DNA of 64,000 nt from Tubiluchus corallicola. Lineage: Eukaryota > Animalia > Priapulida. The DNA lies in assembly GCA_030141605.1 (NCBI GenBank), contig JAQGDQ010000141.1:1-64000 (forward strand). Reading direction: 5' to 3'. The notes under the pieces were generated by a model, which made no database searches, had not been told where the DNA came from, and saw only the letters and a list, made by a program, of their open reading frames with translations. Position 1 is the first letter of the stretch; each line of letters starts with the position of its first letter. The position numbers were made by a program, and so were the translations under genes. This document shows positions 52,639 to 64,000 of the stretch, in pieces.

Positions 52639-53230
52639 ATAATAAGTTAATGTTACTATTAATCATATGAATCAACTATGTTATTTATTACTCCGTTAAT
52701 GTTAATATTAATAATGTTAACAACAATAATAATAAGTTAATGTTACTATTAATCATATGAATCAACTATGTTATTTATTATTCCGTTAATGTTAATGTTT
52801 ATAACGTTAACAACAATAATAATAAGTTAATGTTACTATTAATCATATGAATCAACTATGTTATTTATTACTCCGTTAATGTTAATATTAATGATGTTAA
52901 CAACAATAATAATAAGTTAATGTTACTATTAATCATATGAATCAACTATGTTATTTATTATTCCGTTAATGTTAATGTTTATAACGTTAACAACAATAAT
53001 AATAAGTTAATGTTACTATTAATCATATGAATCAACTATGTTATTTATTATTCCGTTAATGTTAATGTTAGTAATGTTAACAACAATAATAAGCTAATGT
53101 TACTATTAATCATATGAATCAACTATGTTATTTATTACTCCGTTAATGTTAATCTTAATAATGTTAACAACAATAATAATAAGTTAATGTTACTATTAAT
53201 CATATGAATCAACTGTGTTATTTATTATTA
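52639..53230. repeat. ~90-bp AT-rich minisatellite, ~6.5 units
   Basis: aataagttaatgttactattaatcatatgaatcaactatg recurs at 52641, 52731 and onward. Confidence 0.93.
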
Positions 53231-53324
53231 AGTTAAATGACATTTTATTTAGTCTTAAACCTTTTAAGAATTAAGAGACTGTTTATAAGAACGAAACCAA
53301 CCAGGTTGTACATAACCCAGAAAT

Positions 53325-53360
53325 GGCATGCGCATGCGCCAAGTAAGATGGCGGGCGCGT
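53325..53360 (+). promoter_or_regulatory. Adjacent NRF1-like and YY1-like motifs (possible retroelement internal promoter)
   Basis: GCATGCGCATGCGC followed by AAGATGGCGG in an otherwise AT-rich intron, ~270 bp before the decayed ORF. Confidence 0.45.
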
Positions 53361-53626
53361 TTTTCTAAATGAGATAAATTCTAAGAAATATTTACGTTTA
53401 TATACACTCATTTTGATAGTGGATAAAGCGGTTGTATCAAAATCGACTCATTTGAATTAAAACTGGTTGTGCAAAAGATAGGTATTGGCATTTACAATCT
53501 ACAAATCATTTGCTGAACGATTAAAGAGGCAGGTATCAAACTAGCTCCATTCAACGAGGATACGTGAGTACAAAGACACTCTAAATCAACCTTTAAGCTA
53601 TGTAACTGCAACCAGTGAACAACAAA

Positions 53627-54125
53627 ATGGGCTAAGATAAGCATTCACATCACAAGGAAATGTATTATGTTGTGTCTGAGGGGCGATTGACAGAAATTTT
53701 CAAATCTTGGAATCAAGCGAAACTTAGCACTAATGCCCATGCAGGCGGAACTGGCCAAAAATTCTCCTCTTTTGAAGAAGCTGCAGCGTGTTTGGAAAAT
53801 TATAATAGAACCAATTCTACACCAAGATGATGTACAAATACCGGCAAGGGTCTCTGCGAATAATCTACACCAAATGGAGGGCGAATCTGGCGAAACCATA
53901 GCAAAAACTTTCGCTAAACAATGTGCTATATGCCATAATGACGACGATGAATATATGTTGCTTTCTAACGACAACCAATTAATTGCATACGAGAATTTAG
54001 CGTGGAAGTCTCGCGCGCCTTGCATAGCCTGCAATCTCGAGGGGCATGATCGGACTATCAAAGAGCTACAATTCAAAATCCCTCTGCAACACGTTTTGCA
54101 GATGTCTCATAAACTTGTCTTTTGA
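53627..54125 (+). pseudogene. Decayed ORF: RNase H1 hybrid-binding (Cauli_VI-like) domain + PHD-like finger, probably a retrotransposon ORF1
   Basis: 53660-53830 gives MYYVVSEGRLTEIFKSWNQAKLSTNAHAGGTGQKFSSFEEAAACL; shifted frame gives CAICHNDDDEYMLL...SRAPCIAC; upstream ATG GGC TAA at 53627 is in frame with the first domain. Confidence 0.65.
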
Positions 54126-54378
54126 ACACCGATCCACAAAATGTCCTTGATTAGTCTTATAACCTCTATTCTCTCTTTTAGAATAACCCCAATGTGTTTA
54201 ACGATACATCGTGCCTTGAAGTTTGCATGCTATGCAAGTAGCACAAGGCTTTCACAGTAGATCTTTAAGGCACCATAGGTTATTTACTGTTTCAGCAATA
54301 CTTTGATGTATTACTCGTTGTTTTTGTATCCCCCTAGCAACAGCGCGTGCTATGCTCATAATTAATTGTCTTTTCCAG

Positions 54379-54589
54379 CAGAAAACAGATCAAAGAGAAA
54401 CGGTTCACCTGTCAAACAGCAATCAGGAGAATGGGACAATGACGAAGAAGAGAAATTGAGCACCTTGGGCATAGCGCGCAGACGTGGCGCCATCAGGCAG
54501 CAAAAAATTCACGAAGTTAGAGGGCATGCCTTCATAGCTAAATTTTTTCGACAGCCAACCTTCTGCTCTATATGCAGGACCTTCTTATG
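54379..54589 (+). CDS. PRKCD: Novel PKC coding exon 4 (linker, pseudosubstrate, first half of C1a)
   Basis: [39 protein letters not shown]; acceptor ttttccag phase 1; donor TG|gtaggt phase 2. Confidence 0.96.
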
Positions 54590-56243
54590 GTAGGTTTAAA
54601 GAACTGTAGTTTTCTTTGATATTTTTAGAAAAATTGCATTTAATAGTAGATGTAGTCGTACATCTAATACCTAATTATTTGTGCGCACCAAAAGTCTGGC
54701 AAAGGCAGAAACAGTTAAGCTTAATGTTTATCGAATAAACAACGCATTAATGTAAGCTTATTAGAACTTTTGTGAAAAAGAGAAGCAATCAACAATGCAA
54801 CTGGCGTCGTAAGTTTTGATTTTTGCATCTCCTCGATTTTTAAACAAATACGCAAAATCTTTACACGCGTGCTGCATTTATTTTAAAATACAATACCAAG
54901 TGCAGAGCACTCTTGTGCTTCTTTTATAATATTAATGAATATTATTTCATCACTTAATCTTAAGCTAACACGGTACTAAGTCGCTAAAACTATCAAATTT
55001 ATCATTAATCTTCTTCACGTATGTATACCTTCCATTGTTTATGTTGCTGAAAGAAAAAAATTAATCATATCTTTGCTGATGAAATGGTCAACCATGATGA
55101 ATTACATGTAACTTAAAAGGCAGATCCCCCTTTCCTTTTGTGGGGTTAACTTTTTTGATACGTACACAATTCTTATAATACCGAAACATTGCACTTGAAT
55201 TTTTATCTAGAAATTGCAGGCCTTTGCCACCCTTGTATTGCTACATTCTACGCGATTTTTGGCTATTACATTATCGTACAAAATCATGTAATTTTACATA
55301 AGTTTCTGAACCTAATTAGTGGGCGATTTTTGTACTCTTCCTTGTTTCCGTTTCAAACATTGATGTCCTGATCATAATGCACGGTGGTGTACTCAACGGT
55401 AGTTTTTTCCTCCATTTCTTTACTGTGGGATTTTCATTAACAGACATCTATTTGAAGGATTACAATTCTGTGATAGCGGAAATGTGAAAATGATCTGCAA
55501 CTAGGAGCATTTTTGTTGCTTATAAACAAGTGGGAAACAATCATCATAACTTAGTAATTAGTGTCGGTAATTTGTATAATTAGATGGCGATAAATTTCTC
55601 AAGGTTTGTGAACTAAGAATTTTACCACTATTGGTCAGCGCTCAGCAAGTTGCACTTGCCTAAAACGACGATTCTGCAGTTTTGAACCGAATTTAAAAAC
55701 TTTTCGGTTTGCAGCGGCATCTAGCTCATACCAACTGGCTTCACGCGTGAAAACATAATGCCGCACAGTGTTGAAATTTCCATTTCTGTTGATAGATGGA
55801 GCAGCGAATCACTAGTGCTAATAATGTGAGCGTATCACACCATAGTGCTGTCTGCTATGAATGAAGCACTAACGTCCAATACTAAAAATAGGTGCTCTAA
55901 ACCTAGCCTTTCAACAAGAATAAATATCAGTAGGATTATGCAGTGTCATTACAACAAAGCAATTTTAGAGTTTTGACACAGCAACGTATTTGTAATCCGA
56001 TTTTTTATCTTCACAAAACTTATGTTATTCATATCGGTGAAGCAATATATTGCGGAGCGTTTTGGCTGTGACGCGGTGAAGCCTATAATAGATAAACAGC
56101 AGGTCTCAAGCAGCTGACAGAGAAACAAGCACTTTCAATACAGTTAGTTACATAATCTAATATCCATGTTTTTTCCTTTAATTAGATGGCTCATTTTACT
56201 CCAGACCAACCTAGGTGTTCCATTGCGAATGACTGTGAGCTTC

Positions 56244-56628
56244 AGTACAAAAATGAAGTAAAATGGCGCGCGCGCAATCTGTGCTATTAACAGCATTGAG
56301 TTCAAAAATGAAGTAAAATGGCACGTGCACAATCTGTGCTATTAACAGCATTGAGTACAAAAATGAAGTAAAATGGCGCGCGCGCAATCTGTGCTATTAA
56401 CAGCATTGAGTTCAAAAATGAAGTAAAATGGCACGTGCACAATCTGTGCTATTAACAGCATTGAGTACAAAAATGAAGTAAAATGGCGCGTGCACAATCT
56501 GTGCTATTAACAGCATTGAGTACAAAAATGAAGTAAAATGGCGCGTGCACAATCTGTGCTATTAACAGCATTGAGTACAAAAATGAAGCAAAATGGCGCG
56601 TGCACAATCTGTGCTATTAACAGCATTG
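56244..56628. repeat. 55-bp minisatellite x7
   Basis: agtacaaaaatgaagtaaaatggcgcgtgcacaatctgtgctattaacagcattg; units 1-2 are repeated as 3-4. Confidence 0.95.
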
Positions 56629-57759
56629 AAGCTACATATACGCAGGCTATACACAGAATTCGCTTGATGAACTTTTTACACACATATGATCCTAGCAATC
56701 TGGGTGCCCCCGACCTTTGGCCTGCAACACCAACTCCCGCTGCAATAAAAAACACGTCTAAGAGGAGTAATTTAAATCTTAATGAGTAAAATATAAAATA
56801 TTTTGTCCTCCTGGTTAGGGCGTGCAAGTTACTTTAATGGTAACTTATCACTTTGTTGTCTTTCCATACCAGTTCTTGTATATGTTTTTAGTATACCTAT
56901 TTTCAGTCATACGTTCACATTTGTCTTCTAAGTTTTTGAATTTCTTTGTTAGCTGGCAAGTGGCGACACCTTCAGCCAAAACCACCTTACACCATCTTTA
57001 ACAGATACTTGCACTTATTTGCACTTACTGAGCAAAGTCAAAATGCATTTGGCCTACACACCTTAGACAAAATTGGCTGGTTTTGAGTTTCTTTGATGAC
57101 ATTGACATAGGATGTAATAATAAGTGTGACATCATGGCTATATCAATATGTGGGTACAAAATCATACATATAAGGCCTAAAAGTTATTCCTTTCCCAATG
57201 AACATCTGTTCTAAATTTCTGATAGTCCTACACCGCTGCGATTCCATCCTGCTTCTTGAAGAAACAATGAATTGAAATATAAATACTGTGCTGTGAGTCC
57301 CTCTATGTTTAAGCCTGTCTGATTTTTTCGTTTGCGCGTCTTTAGCTAATTACTGAATTCAGACGTAGAGCTAATCGTCCCATAAAATGATCGTAGCACA
57401 TGCATGTATGTTGACAGAGCCGGATTATGACCTATTTGGGCCCCTAGGCTAATGAAATTATGCTCTAACACCCTTGCACCCATTTTGAATCTTCTTCCTC
57501 GTGATAAATTTTAGCCACATTTAAATAGGCGGGGGCCTATATCTCAAATAAAGGACCTCGCAAGAGGACCCTTTATATCAAATAAAAACGCTCAGCCAGG
57601 GGTCATTTAAAGGGTATTACTGGCGTTTATCTGTAGCCTACGTAACTTACCGTTAAGTTAGTGATTCCGAGTGAGCAAACTTTACGAAGACAAGGAGTTT
57701 TTCAAAGACAAGACGCGTTAATTTTGCTAACCTGAGTAATAAATTTAGGATAATGAATG

Positions 57760-58032
57760 CAGTACCGTGTTTAGAATCGGTGAGGCCCTAAGCTATAAAA
57801 GCCATGAGGCCCCCTTTTTTAAAATTACATCAATTACCAGAAAACTTGACAGTGTATATATGCCATTTGAATATTTAATAGCAAAGTGAACAATGCAAAT
57901 TATCTTACGACTAAAATATTACTTAATTATAAAAATGAGTATAAAACGCAATCTGGACTCTTCCTGAAGCCCCATGTACATTGTGAGGCTCTAAGGTGTA
58001 GCTTATTTAACTTATACCTAAATCAGGCACTG
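57760..58032. mobile_element. hAT-like MITE
   Basis: Imperfect TIRs CAGTACCGTGTTTAG / CTAAATCAGGCACTG; 8-bp TSD aatgaatg/aaagaatg; internal GAGGCCC motifs also seen near 7650, 16690, 46900, 57440. Confidence 0.7.
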
Positions 58033-58938
58033 AAAGAATGGCAGAATTAATAACGTAAGTCAGTACTAGAAGTATCCGAAACATTTGTCGAAATCTGTTT
58101 GTTTGCAATCGTCCTGCGTCACACCTGCAGACATGAGTGGCATTCTATGTTTGAAAATTCTTACCGGTCGCCCCCCAGTTTTATCTTTTATGAAATCAAG
58201 GTTCCTGTCGGAAATTTATTACCGAGGTCTAGACTGATTTGAGCAACACAACTTTTTTTACTTCATCTTGGCCTATTTATATAATAACCTTTTCACTAGA
58301 CAATTTTAACTTTTCAACTTATTTCTCATTGAACATGCCTGGCTTTCAGGCGTTGTCTCTGTTCAACTTTTTCTTAACCGAATGTTTTCACAAATTAGAC
58401 AAACAAGCTTCGCGGATTCATCTGCTTAAATTAGTACCACGCTTGACTAGCCTTACCATCTTCTGACGTCACCAGCACCGCTCGCTGAAAATAAACATAT
58501 CCCGGCATGCACTGGGTGTTGGAAACCACTTAGCTTCCCCGTTCTTCAGCAGCTTGTAAATACAAAACTACTGGGGAAGATTTTAGTTTAAAGCAGGAAT
58601 GTTCCCGTTGGTTTAACTTGTGTTTTGTTGACACAGTTTGGATTCAAGTAACTGTAGCAATGATCGTTGTTTAGGACAAATTGCGATAAATGACGACAAA
58701 CTCACTCCCATTGTTTTAAAAAGAAAGAAAAACACGTGCAAAAAGGCGTCTTGCCCTGGAGACTTGATAAACATGATTAATTCGTCTGCCAAAGACTCTA
58801 GTCTTTTTGTTTACTTCAAAGTATTTATTTATTTGTCTGATTGACTATACGTCCACTTGACTTCGGGACATTTATTGAGAAACTTGTGGAACTCGTGCCA
58901 CAAGTGTATGGAGTGACTCGGCAACTCCTCTTCAAGTC

Positions 58939-59120
58939 ATGGTGTGGGACGTATGTGATAGACTGGTTGACGCCAGCATGAGTGTCCAAAGTAGATTTAC
59001 CTTCAGCAGTGGCAGCAGTAATACTACTGATGACGACAATGACAAGGAATCGCAGGCCGTTCGGTGGACGGATCCTGAAACGTACAGGCGGCATTATCGC
59101 TATCACTTGCGTATAGGCAG
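58939..59120 (+). CDS. Candidate alternative internal first coding exon of the PKC gene
   Basis: ATG in gtcATGG context, 60 open codons, visibly more GC-rich than the flanks, consensus donor CAG|GTAAGG in phase 2 matching the acceptor at 62934. Confidence 0.55.
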
Positions 59121-59823
59121 GTAAGGGCAGCTGACACACCTGCGTACGTGCTGGTTTAGAGTTTTCAGCCTCTGTCATGACTTGCCTGGTGCATTCGCTT
59201 TTACCTCTAATTATTCCTGTCTTTCACTGCTATTATCTAGTTTATATGCTTAACTTACTGTTTACTGTTTTATGAAATTCAATCAGTATTTGATGTATCA
59301 AATGTGTCCGAACATGAATAAGACAGGTTTGGTGTAGAATATCTCGTTTTAACATAGCTGCAATACCGGCATTTTTGAGAAGTAACTTTGACAATGGGTT
59401 CCGGTCCTGCCTGAACCATTTTCAATAAGTGGGCTCTGTCATTGGGTGACATATCAAATGTATCCGAACATGAATAAGAACATGAGAGGTTTAGCGTACA
59501 AAGTCTCGTTTTAACATAGCTGTAATACCTGTTTTTGTTGAGAAGTAACTTTGACAATGGGCCAAGAAGAATGATGCGTTAGTGGAAGTAGTAGGAAGAA
59601 AGACAGTAGATTGTGCGATGTTTACATCAGCTCTAAAGATTTATCAATGATGTCTTGTTTTGTATAATCTGTACCAGGATTGTGGTGTGATCGTTAGGTG
59701 CAGCCATTTTGACGGTAGATCGATTGAAACAAGTTTCAATAACATCGCATAAAGTTTCAAGCAAATAATCAAAGAATTTGTAGCACAATCTTCACTAACT
59801 AAGCAAAAGTTTGAATTACTTAA

Positions 59824-60431
59824 ACCAAAACCGGACCGAATCTTAAACTGTAGGTCAAAACAATCTACTCTTTAAAATATTGAAAGGAAACATACTATTT
59901 TTTAAAAATGACTTACGTGTGTGTTATTACCACACAAACACAATTTCACATTCACTAGTTCTTCATTGTACATGCATTTCACCATTCGCTAGTTAGACGG
60001 GCACTAGCGCCTGCATTTCGGGAACGCATTGCACAAAAAGCAGGTGCTGTAGCTCTCAGTTCAGATGTGTTAGTTTGTGACGAACTACACACGTTCGACA
60101 GCTCATGCGTAAGCACAGCGGTAAATTTTAAATCTGAATTTTTATCTTAAAACTTTCTTAGTTTTAGTACAACACACTGAAAATCTTACGGTAACATTGT
60201 ACTTCAATTTTCGCTTTCGCAAACACGTGCAACACGCTCGTGGAATATTTTTCTTGTTGAAAATTATGTTAGTTTGTAATGTCATCAATAGTTGGGTTCG
60301 GCCGCCGTTAATTAAGTTTTTATCTATTATTTAATTATCAGAAACGCTTTTGCAGTAGTAATTGGTTAAAATAGATACATTGTATCAGACTTGAAAATGG
60401 GGTAGTATATGAAAAATCATCCTGTCTTCTT
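59824..60431 (-). mobile_element. Family A Kolobok-like full copy nested in a family B element
   Basis: TTAA at 59820-23 and 60432-35; flanks join to match the family B copy at ~33770-33860. Confidence 0.8.
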
Positions 60432-62183
60432 TTAATGTTATCAATATGGTCAATAATTTTTTGTGTGAGTGTGAATCAGTGGTGCACTCTGGCGACAGTG
60501 ACGTTTTATCAGTTGTCACAAACATTTCAAATTATTAACAATTTTCTTTTCCAATTACACGAGTCTTTCAACAAGTAAGCGTGATGCTAAGTAAAAAAAC
60601 TTTGTGTGGAAAGTTTTTCTGGATATACATTTTAAAGTTCCCTTAACTTCCCCTTTAAACATATACAGGTCTGCAACCGGTGTGAAAATACTTCCCTGTC
60701 TGTAAACTTCTGATTAAAGTACACCATGCCATAAGTGGATTAAGCATAAAATTAATTATAAAAAAACTTTTCTAACTACACCACTGCGTGTTTTCTTATT
60801 AATTGTTAGTACTTATACATGCTTTTCAAATGCAGTTTTCTAATAAAATTTTCATTTATCCTGTTGTGACAAAACCCCGTTTCGCTTCTACATTCTACTT
60901 CTCTTTTCAATGCCTCCATGGTTAAAATAAATAGTTTAGCCCATTTTCTGTGTCATTCTGTCCTTCCTATTAAACGAAGTCAGGTCGCATGTGATTGTTT
61001 GTGATTTTTGTTGAAGGTCGCACTTTTAATTGGCTGTTATTGTTTGTGATATCGTTGAAGGTTAGGCTTTGCTTCTCTTAGTTAACTGTTAAACCTTATT
61101 AATTTAACTTCACGGTTTTCACTACCGTTTTTTTCAAAACCTGTCAAACGCGATGCTGAAAAAATGTCGATACAAGCTGCTGTAACCGCCATCATTAACG
61201 CAGCAGAAATTGAGCTCAGACAAATAAACTAGTTTTTCAGATTTAAACTGCGCAGTTAAGTGTTTTATAGCAGTTCTGATGCCGTTATTTAAGTCATGTG
61301 CTTTCTGAGCAATGAGCGCCAAAGATAACATGTCATCAGTTTCAGACTTTCACTGGTGAAATCACCGTGAAGGCTTTTTAATGGACGTCACAAAGTAAAC
61401 GAAATTCGAAACTGAATTAAATAAAACTTTTAATTGCATTGAAAACAAATCTGTTTTTCTAGCCAACCAAAAGTTTTTTTTTCTTTATCATAATAACTCC
61501 TTGATGCCTGGCACTGTCCTGTAGTGTTGCAAACATTGTAATGCCGGCATGAAACACTCTGCCCTCTTTAATCTATTTGATCTGATTTTCTCCTAAACAT
61601 TGACGTTAAATCCTTCACTCAAAGCCTGTACTTTTCCTGGTAGTAAAAGTCACCCTAAAGCTTGAACGAGTTTTCGAGTTGTAACCGTTTTCAAATGCAT
61701 TGTTGAAGGTAAGCGTGCGTCAGTTCGTTTCCAAAAATTGCAGTTTTGTACTCACTAACTCAAATAGCTGCAAAGAAGCCCAATTTGAAATTGAAATTTA
61801 TCCCACAGGAGTTATGCAAGTTTTATCGCCCAACTCACGCCCATTTTTCGTCTTTTTCTAATTCGAATTTAACTACTATTCCTGTCTTAGTAGTATGAAG
61901 TATAACAGACCGTCTTAAAATTACTATTTGGTTCAATTAGGGAAGAATATTAGGAAAAGGTTTGGCTTATTTTAATCGAGCCAAACGACTTGAAATTATG
62001 TGGCGAAAAATAAACTGCAATGATGGTGATGGCTGTGCAGAACAGGGAATCTGCCGCATGCATGTCACATGATAAAAATGTGTAAACGTAACATTTTAAA
62101 TAAACAACTATTTGTTTTGACACACGGAAAACCATGAACAAGCCACTTAATTTTATGTACTACTAGAAATATCGCTATCGTTA

Positions 62184-62265
<82 letters not shown>

Positions 62266-62266
62266 G

Positions 62267-62357
<91 letters not shown>

Positions 62358-62405
62358 TCTCCTTCTTTCTCTTTCTCTCTCTCTCTCTTTCTTTCTCTCT
62401 TTCTC
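62184..62405. repeat. (CT)n microsatellite
   Basis: Direct reading. Confidence 0.98.
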
Positions 62406-62933
62406 TGTCCCGGCTTACTTCTCTGCACTGTCGGTTTTCTTGAAGATAAATTAGCATGTAAACACCGTGGCTATAAAAATTTACAATATTCAAAATATGT
62501 CTTTTACTTTCGATAATGGCAGGTACTTTTCTCTTCGTGAAAAATTCAAAACATTTCTTTATGGCCCCAACATACTTTTCAAATTATTTCCCACATTGTT
62601 AACATAACTAGAAGAAAAGTGACGATAAACTTTTTTAACTTTTTTGTTTGTTTATACATATAAGTGCAGAAGCAAAAAGACACAGGTCTTCTTTAATAGC
62701 GCTTTTACAACCAGAGCTCCTGTAATTAGAGAAGCCAGCAATTCTTTACTTTCCCCAATTACTGCGTGCATATTGGCACTAGGAAAGTATTTTTGTTGGC
62801 GATAAAACATGTTCCATACAGTCTTCTATTGCTCCTCATTATCTTCTCTGAAAATAGTAAGTTTTAATTAAAAAGTTTTGCTAGTATGTGCAAATTTATG
62901 AGGAAATATATATAATTTTTTTTCATTTTTCAG

Positions 62934-62965
62934 GGGTTTTGGCAAACAGGGATATCAGTGCCAAG
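62934..62965 (+). CDS. PRKCD: Novel PKC coding exon 5 (32-nt exon inside C1a)
   Basis: tttcatttttcag acceptor; (W)GFGKQGYQCQ continues the C1 motif; donor G|gtatgt; the five exons sum to 634 nt = 211 codons + 1. Confidence 0.93.
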
Positions 62966-64000
62966 GTATGTATAGTTAACTTATGACTTTTTTACTCATT
63001 AGTAAATAATAAATAATAATGGGTTTTATGAAAAAGTCACACCTTAATAGTAAAACTGAATACAAGTTAATACAATAAAAATAGAAAAGAATAAAAAAAC
63101 ATAAGAGACATTGCATTACAAGATAAAAATTTGGAGGAATGACATCACAAAGTCAGTAAAACAATTTAAAACTAATTGAGTAAATTAATAACTAAATAAT
63201 AACTAAACTCTTACTATAATTTAGAAAGAAGTTCCCGATTACTATTTATAGTTCTATTTACAGACATTGATGAACGTTTCTAACATTCTGTGCGAATTTT
63301 AGGCATTATTAGTTTATTAGAGTTTCGATAATACAATTGCTTGCACTAAGATGTGAAGCAGGAAGCGTCTATGGTACTCAATAATGTTAGAAGCAAATTA
63401 CAGTTAATTTTTGTCTACAATTTTCCAAAGTAATAAAGTTGAGCTTACGTAAAGCATCACCATAAGAAATAAAATATTTGCCGAAATTTATTCGACAAAT
63501 TCTTTCGTGAATTTCTTCAAAGCTGGCAGTTTGAGTTTGATTTATCGAGCTCCAAGTAACAGAAGCATACTCTAAAACAGGGCGGAGATAAGTTGTATAT
63601 TATACAGTTGTATATGCTAGCATAAATCTCTTTTTGAGCTACATTGAGCACAAGAAGTAAACTGTTTAGTGTGCCACGACCTAAATGAGGTGGTAAAGTA
63701 GAATTTGAACTGTAACTAAAATCGAGGATCACCCGTGTTGTTTATTTACGAGGCAGCTAATTTGAATTTAAAGTGAGCGTTGCCCATTTACCATTAACTT
63801 CTGTTTAGTTTCAAGCTCTTCGATTCTCTCTACAGATGCGTGATGTTAGCAACAGTGTTAAAGGTAACTGTGTCGGGTCACGATATGAGAACTACTGGCT
63901 TCGTGGATCATTCCATTATAGACAGGGTTATTTTAACAGTTAAACAGAACCCTCCTTGTTGGATAAATAAGCAAACTCTGTCAATATGAACTTTGTTTAA

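Noticed and set aside
63836-63863. ctctctacag...aag|gtaact as the next PKC exon
   Set aside because: In the required phase it reads GAT GCG TGA (stop) and lacks the expected C1 CxxxxHxxC residues

Overview
AT-rich, repeat-dense animal (invertebrate-like) genomic DNA, not prokaryotic; most listed ORFs are microsatellite noise. The one clear host gene is the 5' half of a novel-type protein kinase C (delta/theta class) on the + strand. Five coding exons with compatible phases (31074-31182, 47010-47227, 52328-52391, 54379-54589, 62934-62965) encode the novel C2 domain, the RRGAIRQ pseudosubstrate and most of C1a; the gene runs off the right edge. Introns and the upstream region hold TTAA-flanked Kolobok-like MITEs, mariner- and hAT-like MITEs, CR1/L2 and RTEX-like LINE relics, tRNA-derived SINEs (one MetaSINE-like), minisatellites and microsatellites. 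Best leads: (1) a candidate internal first exon (58939-59120) that would splice in frame into C1a and give a PKC lacking C2 and pseudosubstrate; (2) a Penelope-type minimal hammerhead ribozyme in a foldback at 7.3-7.55 kb; (3) a decayed RNase H1 hybrid-binding-domain + PHD ORF behind NRF1/YY1-like motifs at 53.3-54.1 kb; (4) a 3-kb 32-bp satellite with a higher-order duplication and an unexpanded seed copy nearby. All calls are by eye; repeat boundaries are approximate.
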